From IMG/VR virus record IMGVR_UViG_3300038391_000041, positions 1-37,507 of that record: a DNA stretch of 37,507 nt; one strand, written 5' to 3'. Position numbers and translations under genes: made by a program. Below are positions 18,748 through 26,401 of this stretch, piece by piece. Source of the stretch: a virus. Lineage: Duplodnaviria > Caudoviricetes. Under the pieces are notes generated by a model. The model was given only the letters and a program-made list of their open reading frames with translations. It had not been told where the DNA came from and did no database searches. Position 1 is the stretch's first letter, and each line of letters opens with the position of its first letter.

Positions 18748-19235
18748 TGAGACCAAAGAAAGACCTATTCCTGAAGATATCTGAAGCCTTGGACCCTTTG
18801 ATCATAAGTGAGAAGCTGAGATATGTTGACTTAGATAAAGGACAGCTTTCAGCTGAATCCGGAGGCCCAACTCTTGTCACTCCAGCTGTACTGATTAACG
18901 TGCCAAGAACAGAGTACCAAATGGCTACAAGAGACCGGGCAGATGGAGATGCTCAAGTCAGCCTCCTGGTCGTTTTTGAGAACTCATACCCGTCATTCAA
19001 CACAGCACAAGACAAAAAGGCTAGCCTTGACATGTTAGACCTCATTGATGAAGTAACAGAGGCGGCTCTTGGGGCTGCTGGAGAGTGCTTTGATGAGTTG
19101 CACCTTTCAAGTGAAGAGCAGCTCTCTTATAGATACCGCAATTACCAAGTCCACTCAGTAGGATTTGAATGTGAAACAACCCATAAAGTTATAACTGATG
19201 CCAAACTATCTTACACCGCAGGAGCTCAAGACTAA
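18747..19235 (+). CDS. Neck / tail terminator-like protein (Mu gp37-like)
   Basis: LRYVDLDKGQL, PAVLINV; synteny; TAATG coupling. Confidence 0.6.
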   Translation: MRPKKDLFLKISEALDPLIISEKLRYVDLDKGQLSAESGGPTLVTPAVLINVPRTEYQMATRDRADGDAQVSLLVVFENSYPSFNTAQDKKASLDMLDLIDEVTEAALGAAGECFDELHLSSEEQLSYRYRNYQVHSVGFECETTHKVITDAKLSYTAGAQD

Positions 19236-19635
19236 GAGCAGGCTTGATAGCATTAACATGCTCTCTGGATTTGATGATAATCTGATCCAAGAGGTAATAA
19301 ATGAACAGCAGGAAATTATCCGGAGCTACCTGGAGGACAGGTATGACATGGAGGTTGAATATGCCAAGACTGGAGATGACAGAAATGTTCCGCTTTTGTC
19401 GTGCCTCAAAGTGTTCTCTGTTCATCAAATGCACGCCAGGCTAAACCACCAGATCAATGAGTCTGTAGAGCTCCAGTATGACAGATCCTTGAAGTGGCTC
19501 AAAGATGTGGCTAGTGGGAAAGCTTCACTTTCTGGACTCAATCCTAAACACGGAGAGGACTCTGATGGAGATGGCATTCCAGATGGAGACTCCAGCCTGG
19601 TATCCTCAAACACAAAGTATCCAAATAAATTCTAA
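19198..19635 (+). CDS. Head-tail adaptor (Mu gp36 / DUF1320-like)
   Basis: YLTPQEL, IRSYLEDRYD, YDRSLKWLKDVASGK. Confidence 0.85.
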   Translation: MPNYLTPQELKTKSRLDSINMLSGFDDNLIQEVINEQQEIIRSYLEDRYDMEVEYAKTGDDRNVPLLSCLKVFSVHQMHARLNHQINESVELQYDRSLKWLKDVASGKASLSGLNPKHGEDSDGDGIPDGDSSLVSSNTKYPNKF

Positions 19636-19640
19636 GAGAG

Positions 19641-20873
19641 ATGTGGAACCCGTTCAAAAGAAATAGCAAGGAGGAAGGAGCTGGCCCTCAAGCGAAAGCC
19701 AGCCCAAAGTCAAAAGCTGTCAAGGTTGTTGCAGATCTCGACCGCTTGAATGAAGACAGGCTCAGAAAAGAGCTTGATGACTGGACTTATGCCAGAGATG
19801 TCAGACTGGATGTCCACAGGCCACAGACCTACCTGCTCCAGGAGCTCTACAATGATGCTCTTGTTGACTCTCATTTGATGTCTGCAATCCAGTCCAGGAT
19901 ATTGAGGATTGTCAACAAGAAGTTTGTCATCTTGAATGACAAAGAAGTCAATGAAGATAAAACCAAGTTCATTGAAGCTCCTTGGTTTAGGGATATGCTA
20001 AGGCACTGGATGTGGAGCATCTTCAGAGGATACAATCTCATTTATGTCAAAGAGTCTACTCCAGGAAGGATCATCAGTGTGGATGTGGTACCCAATAGCC
20101 ATATCATCCCTGAAAGAAGGGTCATCATCAAAAATGTAACGGACACAGATGGAGGCCTGCCTTTTGACAAGCTGGATGGTCAGATGCTTTATGCTCAAGC
20201 TTATGATGCTATTGGGCTCCTCAACACAGCTGCTCCATATACCATCCTAAAAAGACACAGCTGGGCCTCCTGGGACAACTTTGAGCAGCTCTTTGGAGTG
20301 CCCATCAGAGTTGGGAAGGTGATCAACAGCTTTGATGGGAAGAGAATGAGGGAAATGCATTCAGATCTTGAGAATATGGGCCAGAGCCCTGTTGTAACTA
20401 TGCAGCAAGGAGAAGAGATTGAGATCATCCACTCCAATCAGACAGATGCATTCAAGGTATTCCAGGAGAAGATCAAGCTTGTCAATGAAGAGGTCAGCAA
20501 ATTGATCAACGGACAGACAATGACAGCTGACAACGGAAGCTCTAAGTCTCAAGCTGAAGTCCACCAAATGACTCAAGATGAAATCACCAGGGCAGATGAA
20601 AAGGAGATTCTGGACTGGCTTAATGAGCAGCTCAAGCCATTGATGGTAAAATATGGATACTCGTTGACTGATGCTGATGTTTTTGGAATCCATACTTCAG
20701 AGGATCCAAAAGAGTCCATTGACATTGACTTCAAACTCTCTCAAGCCGGATACAACTTGAGCCCTGAGTACATTGAGAAAAAGTATGGTGTCGAGTTGGA
20801 CAAGGATCAACCCACTAAGACTCCAGATAATGAGCCTAGCAACCTGAAAGCGCTTTTTGATTTTTTCGACTAA
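19641..20873 (+). CDS. Portal protein (Mu gp29 / DUF935)
   Basis: DSHLMSAIQSR, WDNFEQLFGVPIRVGK, EVSKLINGQTMTADNGSSKSQAEVH. Confidence 0.93.
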   Translation: MWNPFKRNSKEEGAGPQAKASPKSKAVKVVADLDRLNEDRLRKELDDWTYARDVRLDVHRPQTYLLQELYNDALVDSHLMSAIQSRILRIVNKKFVILNDKEVNEDKTKFIEAPWFRDMLRHWMWSIFRGYNLIYVKESTPGRIISVDVVPNSHIIPERRVIIKNVTDTDGGLPFDKLDGQMLYAQAYDAIGLLNTAAPYTILKRHSWASWDNFEQLFGVPIRVGKVINSFDGKRMREMHSDLENMGQSPVVTMQQGEEIEIIHSNQTDAFKVFQEKIKLVNEEVSKLINGQTMTADNGSSKSQAEVHQMTQDEITRADEKEILDWLNEQLKPLMVKYGYSLTDADVFGIHTSEDPKESIDIDFKLSQAGYNLSPEYIEKKYGVELDKDQPTKTPDNEPSNLKALFDFFD

Positions 20874-20892
20874 GCCCCAGCTCGGTTGGGGC
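20861..20892 (+). promoter_or_regulatory. Predicted -1 ribosomal frameshift signal linking portal to MuF
   Basis: T TTT TTC (20861-20867), 6-nt spacer, hairpin GCCCCAGC-TCG-GTTGGGGC (20874-20892); the -1 frame is open from 20861 into MuF. Confidence 0.7.
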
Positions 20893-21001
20893 ATCAACTA
20901 GAATCTTTTACTCTCCTTTTGTCAAAGCCCTTGGAGGCAAGTTTCCTTGGGCAGACTATCAAGATGCCATCAAGAAGATAGTCCCAAAGGTTAAAAAAGG
21001 C

Positions 21002-22147
21002 ATGAGATCATTTCACAAGAACCAGGACCAACTATCTCCTGGATTGTTTGAGGCCAATTTTGATCCTCTAGTTGAAGCCTCCGGAATAAATCTGAAGTAC
21101 AACTATGGGCCTAACATGGTTTTTGATCACATGATGAGTCAGAACCTGGGCCACTTTGCAGCCAGGAAGACCCTAGCTCAGCAAGCTGCTTTAACCAGAG
21201 CTTTATTTGACCAGGATGGCAAGCTCAGACCCTTTGTGGAGTTTGAGAAAGAAGCCAAGCCAGTCCTCAAGGATTATAACCGGAATTGGCTAGCAGCTGA
21301 ATACAATACCACCACCAGATCTGCAAGGATGGCCACAGACTGGAGAACAGCACAAGAGGAGAAGGATCTGTTCCCAAACATCAAATACCTTCCTTCAAGA
21401 TCTGCAACTCCTAGAGAAGCCCACAAGCCTTACTATCACATTATCCGGCCAGTTGATGATCCATTCTGGGACACCCACCTTCCACCTAACGGCTGGCAGT
21501 GCCTTTGTGGATTTAAGACCACTGATGAAGAGGTCACTGACATTCCTGAAGATCTGGAGCCTCCAGAGTTTGGCTTCAGGCAAAATGTGGGAAAGACAGC
21601 CAAGCCCTTTGACAACTCACATCCCTATTTTTCTCAAAGGTATCCAGAGAGAAGAAAGCTCATGGCTGAGATGATGGAATCCATGCCTTACAACATAGAT
21701 GTTGATGGTGTGAAGGTGAGCCTTTGGGCAGATCCTTCAGACCTGGAGAGCAATCTGCAAGCAGCTCAGATATTTAAGGAGAGCTTTGATGATGTCCGGA
21801 TCATGCCTCACCATTTTGATGGCAGGAAAAATCCAGAGTATCTGATTGACCAGGTGCAAGGTGATCTGGTAGTTGCCCAGGGATCCACAATCAAGGGCTC
21901 ATTAAACAATGCACTCAGAAGGAAATACCAGCAGATGAGTGGCAAGTTTTACCTGGTGTTTAATGTGAATGCGTTAGCACTACCTGGAGAAGAGATCCTG
22001 GCAAGAGAGATCTATGGATCACTGAAGCAGAGAAGACGGTGCAACAAGCTGATCATGGTTATGGATGAGAGCTTGTATGTTGTGGTTGATCAAGGGATGA
22101 ACCTGGAGGAGATCCAGGAAGCAATTAAAACAGCAAGAGGCAACTGA
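21002..22147 (+). CDS. MuF (SPP1 gp7-like) head protein with C-terminal CdiA-like nuclease domain; frame open upstream to 20861
   Basis: YNRNWLAAEYN, REAH, RPVDDPFWDTHLPPNGWQCLC, FRQNVGKT, HPYF; C-terminus ESNLQAAQIF..VRIMP..KNPEYLIDQVQGD..K..LVFNV. Confidence 0.88.
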   Translation: MRSFHKNQDQLSPGLFEANFDPLVEASGINLKYNYGPNMVFDHMMSQNLGHFAARKTLAQQAALTRALFDQDGKLRPFVEFEKEAKPVLKDYNRNWLAAEYNTTTRSARMATDWRTAQEEKDLFPNIKYLPSRSATPREAHKPYYHIIRPVDDPFWDTHLPPNGWQCLCGFKTTDEEVTDIPEDLEPPEFGFRQNVGKTAKPFDNSHPYFSQRYPERRKLMAEMMESMPYNIDVDGVKVSLWADPSDLESNLQAAQIFKESFDDVRIMPHHFDGRKNPEYLIDQVQGDLVVAQGSTIKGSLNNALRRKYQQMSGKFYLVFNVNALALPGEEILAREIYGSLKQRRRCNKLIMVMDESLYVVVDQGMNLEEIQEAIKTARGN

Positions 22148-22192
22148 TGAAGCTGCCTCTTGAGAGGTCGGGGCCTGTAGCTCCAACCGGGT
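22125..22192 (-). ncRNA. Candidate small antisense RNA (~65-70 nt) downstream of the MuF toxin domain
   Basis: Minus-strand TATCTTTG -7 element at 22204-22197; hairpin 22188-22166; terminator-like hairpin 22162-22134 followed by CTGTTTT. Confidence 0.45.
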
Positions 22193-22208
22193 AGTACAAA
22201 GATACAAA

Positions 22209-22700
22209 ATGAGTAGCAAACTATCAGAGGACCTAGAAAAGCTCCAGAGAGATCTGAAGAAGGCTATATCATCGGAGATCCCAAGGAGAGCAGGTAAGGC
22301 CGGAGTTGACTACTTCAGAGAGTCTTTTGTCACTGAGAGTTTTGATGGTGTAAAATGGCCAGCTGTCAAAAGGAGAGATCCTGGGAGTAAGTGGTACGGC
22401 TTTCAGTATAAAGGCAAAGGCAGTCCAAGATTTTCAGCTGCTGCAACCAGGAGAAGAGTGCTGACTGGATCCACCGGTGAGCTTGGAGATTCCATCAACT
22501 ACATAGTCAGACCTTTTGCCACCATCTTCAGGAGTGACAAGCCCTATGCTAAAGTGCATAATGAGGGCTTGATGGCCAAGGTCTTTGGGAAGCACCCATT
22601 CAAAATGAAGAAGAGGCAATTCATGGGTCCTGCAAAACAGCTAGACAAGAAAGTTGACAAGATTGTTGATGATGCTATTGATAGGGCTTTTACCCGATAA
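22209..22700 (+). CDS. Virion morphogenesis protein (Mu gpG / P2 gpS-like)
   Basis: ESFDGVKWPAVK, LTGSTGELGDSI, PYAKVHNEG, KRQFMG. Confidence 0.85.
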   Translation: MSSKLSEDLEKLQRDLKKAISSEIPRRAGKAGVDYFRESFVTESFDGVKWPAVKRRDPGSKWYGFQYKGKGSPRFSAAATRRRVLTGSTGELGDSINYIVRPFATIFRSDKPYAKVHNEGLMAKVFGKHPFKMKKRQFMGPAKQLDKKVDKIVDDAIDRAFTR

Positions 22701-22713
22701 CTGATAATATGGG

Positions 22714-22953
22714 CTATTTATCCGATTTGTCCGGACTGGAGCTGAATAGATCCAGCTGCTTGGATGGTGCCTCCTTGTAGTGGCCAACTCCAAGGATGAT
22801 CTGCTGCACCGTTTTGGCACTGACATAATACTTTTCAGACAGATACTCCAGATAAGCAACGTACTTCCACTGAGGGTGCTTCTGACGCAGCTTGTCATAG
22901 TCTTTCTTGAGATCCTGGTCTCTCTTTTGCCTGAGTGATTCTTGACTATTCAT
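22714..22953 (-). CDS. Mor/C-like HTH transcription activator (candidate late regulator)
   Basis: RDQDLKKDY and LSEKYYVSAKTVQQII HTH; last gene of the early operon. Confidence 0.65.
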   Translation of the reverse strand: MNSQESLRQKRDQDLKKDYDKLRQKHPQWKYVAYLEYLSEKYYVSAKTVQQIILGVGHYKEAPSKQLDLFSSSPDKSDK

Positions 22954-23362
22954 CCAGGAAGGTCTTTTGTCTTAGATAGGTTTTAGGATATGGCATCTGA
23001 GTGCCTTCAGCTCCTTTAATTCTTTTGAGCTTAGGGATGTAACTTATGGCTCTGGCTTTATCTTCATCAGGAAGCTTGTTGTAAAGCCTCTCAGCTTCCA
23101 TCTTGCCAACCTTCTTGTCATACTGATTCCAGAAGTTTTCAAAACTGAGATCTAGTGGTATGGCCTCAATGTCAAAGGAGTCTGACTTGTAGGTCTTGAG
23201 TGATTCACGCCTGAGAGGCAACTTACCAAGTAGCCAGTCATACTGCTCCTGAGTGTATGGGCCCTTGATGGACCAGGCACATAATCTGCCTTCCTGGTCA
23301 AACTCAAAGGAGATAACAACCTCCCGGAACTTCTTACTTGATATGATGAACTTCTCTCTCAA
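22946..23362 (-). CDS. Conserved phage protein with replication-protein-like C-terminal helical domain
   Basis: FENFWNQYDKKVGK.EAERLYNKL...YPKTYL. Confidence 0.6.
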   Translation of the reverse strand: MREKFIISSKKFREVVISFEFDQEGRLCAWSIKGPYTQEQYDWLLGKLPLRRESLKTYKSDSFDIEAIPLDLSFENFWNQYDKKVGKMEAERLYNKLPDEDKARAISYIPKLKRIKGAEGTQMPYPKTYLRQKTFLDE

Positions 23363-23694
23363 TGTAGTGCCTGGTTTAATTGGGTTCTAAATGCTAGCAG
23401 AGCTGTATTGAATCCAGAAGGATCTTCATCTGCATTAACTGTCATTGATGTGATGATCACATCAAATGCATAGGCCTCATGATACTTCATTGTTAAGCTG
23501 ACAACACTCTTCTTTTTTTGTGCTAGTCTGTTCTTGTAAACCTTTGATTGTAGTTTAGGGAATAGCTCAACCCAAATGCTCCAAACAGCCCTGGTAAACG
23601 GTTTTGCAACAGGTTCACTTTTGAAGCTTGTTGGCTCCAATACTTGAACAATGTTCTCAATGAGCATCTGGCTTATTTCTACCTTTATTTTCAC
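23359..23694 (-). CDS. Hypothetical early protein
   Basis: Coupled by 4-bp overlaps on both sides. Confidence 0.6.
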   Translation of the reverse strand: MKIKVEISQMLIENIVQVLEPTSFKSEPVAKPFTRAVWSIWVELFPKLQSKVYKNRLAQKKKSVVSLTMKYHEAYAFDVIITSMTVNADEDPSGFNTALLAFRTQLNQALH

Positions 23695-24140
23695 CCTTTT
23701 TTACCGCTTTTTCTGACTATCTGCTCCAGTTGATTAATGAGGTTGTTTACCTCAACTGAGCTCATTAGCTTCAGTGGCTTTTTAGCTTTGGATCTGTCCT
23801 TGATAAATTTCCCTAGGACATTCAAGTCTGCCATTGCTTTCCCTGTTGCCCTGTTCAACTTGATCCAGCCAAGCTGATGACACAAGCTCAAGACATTCAT
23901 GTGCTGCTTATTTTTAGAGTCGAATAGTGCGAAGTAGTCAGCTCCACCATACAAGCTGCAAATCATCTGATTTGCCTCATCATAGGTCAGCTGAGTGGTG
24001 CTCCTTCTTGTTGGATCTCCAGTGAACTGCTCTACAAGGTCTGCCTTGTTTTCTTTATCGTGTTTACAATGCCAGGGCAACTTTGCATGTATAGCCTTGA
24101 TCTGGTCACTTGTTACTTTTTGAGTTGCTACTTCGTTCAT
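23691..24140 (-). CDS. GemA / Mu gp16-like protein
   Basis: QIKAIHAKL, LVEQFTG..RRSTTQLTYDEANQMI, EVNNLINQLE. Confidence 0.6.
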   Translation of the reverse strand: MNEVATQKVTSDQIKAIHAKLPWHCKHDKENKADLVEQFTGDPTRRSTTQLTYDEANQMICSLYGGADYFALFDSKNKQHMNVLSLCHQLGWIKLNRATGKAMADLNVLGKFIKDRSKAKKPLKLMSSVEVNNLINQLEQIVRKSGKKG

Positions 24141-24712
24141 GCCTCTTGAGATTCTACTTTCAGTGATCTTGCAATCCTTGGCTCATAAGCCTGGTCAAGC
24201 TTTGAATACTTCACCACCTTGACAATAGGGTACTTGATGTTTCTCTTGACTCCGTACTTGTCATAAAGAACAAGGACCCGGTTTGGAGCAATCTTGGAGA
24301 AGATCTTGCTACCTCTCCAGAGCCAGCCTTGTGTTGGCTTAGTGGTGATCACAACTCCATCCTTGTCAATGACCCAATAAATGGCATCCTGGCCCCCATC
24401 AAACAACTCAAGGACCTGGTGAGGATCCTTAGGCTCTGGAGCCTTGTAGACCTCCTGAAATCGCTCTCTATACTCTGCAATGCTTTCAGCCTTCTCAACC
24501 CGTTTAATCCTCATGGTTGTCAGCTTGACAAACTGCTGCTTCTTCTTAAACTTCAGCTTAAAGCCTCGTTTGATTCCACTCAATACTTTGGCCCCTTTGA
24601 GATCCTTTTTGTATTGCTCTGGATAGACATCAGTGATGTAGTTCTCCTCATTCACCTCAGCATAGACTGACAGGTCATCTACAGCTCTAAATTCAATTAC
24701 TCTATTTTTCAT
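24137..24712 (-). CDS. Hypothetical basic protein with two similar domains
   Basis: Overlaps both neighbours; internal similarity between halves. Confidence 0.6.
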   Translation of the reverse strand: MKNRVIEFRAVDDLSVYAEVNEENYITDVYPEQYKKDLKGAKVLSGIKRGFKLKFKKKQQFVKLTTMRIKRVEKAESIAEYRERFQEVYKAPEPKDPHQVLELFDGGQDAIYWVIDKDGVVITTKPTQGWLWRGSKIFSKIAPNRVLVLYDKYGVKRNIKYPIVKVVKYSKLDQAYEPRIARSLKVESQEA

Positions 24713-25154
24713 TAGTCTGGTTTTTTGATACTTTTTGTCTTGGATTTATGGATCCTGTGTAAGGCTGATCTAGCAGCTCCAGGAGCTCCTTGTTCTCAAA
24801 GATGTTGCCCACTACCTCTACTGATGGCCGTGTTGGATCTTCCGGAATGCAAGCAGGAAACTCATGAGTCAGAGGCATGGTTGATCCTAGATCTTGAGCA
24901 TGTGAGATGTCAAGATGAAAAGCTCCATACATGTAAACTACTTGAGAATACTGGCAGAGCACTTTGTTGAAGTTTTCAGAGAGCTCATCTGAGCAGACGT
25001 ATGGAATGCAGATGATGTGGCCATGAAAGATCTCTGTCCCGAAGTAGTCAACCAAGCCACTCCCTGGCAGGAGCTGATAGCTGTCATCCTCTACATGCGC
25101 AGTCATGTAATCCTTGATCACACCGGCTTTCTTGTCATAGATTCTGAACTTCAT
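24702..25154 (-). CDS. YopX family protein
   Basis: MKFRIYDK, SGLVDYFGTEIFHGHII, VEVVGNIFENKELL. Confidence 0.85.
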   Translation of the reverse strand: MKFRIYDKKAGVIKDYMTAHVEDDSYQLLPGSGLVDYFGTEIFHGHIICIPYVCSDELSENFNKVLCQYSQVVYMYGAFHLDISHAQDLGSTMPLTHEFPACIPEDPTRPSVEVVGNIFENKELLELLDQPYTGSINPRQKVSKNQTNEK

Positions 25155-25546
25155 GGCTTTGCTGTTTGTCCAAGTAGTTGATCTATCTGATCCTGGTTAA
25201 GAGTCTGGTGCACTAACTCAGGATTTTGGTGAACGCACCCTATGATATAGCAGTTGAGTTGGTCCTGCTTTAAGTGTTTTAAGGCGTAGTCTTTCAGTGG
25301 CCAATACCTATCTCCTTCTATTTCTGAGCTGTAAACAAATTGACCTTGCTCAATTCTAATCGCATGAGTGAAATGAATAAACCTGTTGTCTGAGTGTGTT
25401 CTGGCAACAATGTGACCTTCATGAATCTCCTTGCCTGTTTTGTCAAACAACCGGGATCCAGCCATTGGAATCCTGTTGGAGTCCTCTCTTGGGGTGAATG
25501 CGTTTTTAACCTTGTTGTCTCGTTTGTCGTAGTATTTGACGTTCAT
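25151..25546 (-). CDS. YopX family protein (divergent paralogue)
   Basis: LFDKTGKEIHEGHIV, IIGCVHQNPELV. Confidence 0.75.
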   Translation of the reverse strand: MNVKYYDKRDNKVKNAFTPREDSNRIPMAGSRLFDKTGKEIHEGHIVARTHSDNRFIHFTHAIRIEQGQFVYSSEIEGDRYWPLKDYALKHLKQDQLNCYIIGCVHQNPELVHQTLNQDQIDQLLGQTAKP

Positions 25547-25557
25547 ATTGCTGTTGA

Positions 25558-26163
25558 TTAATTGAGTAAGAGTGCAGCTCCTGTGAGTATGAGTATGGCT
25601 GCAATTGGGTAATAGTATTTTGTAGCCTCTCCTGACAATCCGGATGGATACCAGAAGGATCCAATCTTAGCCTGACTCCAGATAAATTCTGCTTGTCCAG
25701 GCTTCTGATAGTAGTCAGGTTTATTGAGGCCTCTATTTACCTGGATCTGCCACTGATGAGATGCAAGCATTCCTTGGCCAAGGGTTAAGAATATTGTTGG
25801 GATGTAGTAAGGGATCCAATTGATCAGTGACTCAATGGCTTTGCATTCCATCCAGATCCTCAAAGTGTACCATTTAGGGCTCCAGGAAGTCAGATCTAAC
25901 CTGAATGGATCTGGAGCTATCAAGATAGTCATTGCAACCACCACAAAGAAGAAAATGGCTGACTGAGAAGCATTGGCCGGAGCATTTACTTCATGGATGT
26001 TGTCATAGTTCTCTCTCAACCTTGTTCCAGGCTCAGGAGCAATGCCCATGTTTTTAGCCCAATAGAAGGCACTTAACAGCTGAGCGAATAGATACCGGTG
26101 CAAACCTCCAGAAAGGCAGGCTAACACCAGGAGAATGATTGATATGGTTGTTTTTGTTTGCAT
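25558..26163 (-). CDS. Hypothetical membrane protein
   Basis: Start reassigned to ATG 26163 (MQTKTTISIILLVL), just after a terminator; 3-4 hydrophobic segments. Confidence 0.6.
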   Translation of the reverse strand: MQTKTTISIILLVLACLSGGLHRYLFAQLLSAFYWAKNMGIAPEPGTRLRENYDNIHEVNAPANASQSAIFFFVVVAMTILIAPDPFRLDLTSWSPKWYTLRIWMECKAIESLINWIPYYIPTIFLTLGQGMLASHQWQIQVNRGLNKPDYYQKPGQAEFIWSQAKIGSFWYPSGLSGEATKYYYPIAAILILTGAALLLN

Positions 26164-26173
26164 ATTGTTTCTT

Positions 26174-26204
26174 AAAAAGCCCGGATCTTTGCAGAGCTCC
26201 GGGC
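26174..26204 (-). terminator. Intrinsic terminator inside the early operon
   Basis: GCCCGGA...TCCGGGC 7-bp stem followed by TTTTT on the minus strand. Confidence 0.7.
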
Positions 26205-26327
26205 AGGCTCTTTGTTGTGAGAGGGTCATCAACCAGGTAGGGCTACTCATTCGCTGTGGCTTATCCCTACTGTACACCACTGAACACCTCAAGCCTCTCC
26301 TCTCTATTTTCCCTGTTGTTTGGTTTG

Positions 26328-26394
26328 TTGCCGGTGGAGGGCTCGAACCTCCAGAGTATCCCTAGATCCCATGATTGATCTATCTTATCCGGCA
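26328..26394 (-). ncRNA. tRNA-like element lacking a D-arm
   Basis: Acceptor TGCCGG/CCGGCA; perfect T-arm GGAGG-TTCGAGC-CCTCC; stem TAGATC/GATCTA with loop AATCATGG. Confidence 0.6.
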
Positions 26395-26401
26395 AGAGAT
26401 C

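Noticed and set aside
26164-26292. N-terminal extension of the 244-aa ORF
   Set aside because: It crosses a terminator and structured RNA; ATG 26163 is the more plausible start.
26328-26394. tRNA-like element as an integration att site or a standard tRNA gene
   Set aside because: It is internal to a transposable phage with no integrase, and lacks a D-arm and a canonical 7-nt anticodon loop.
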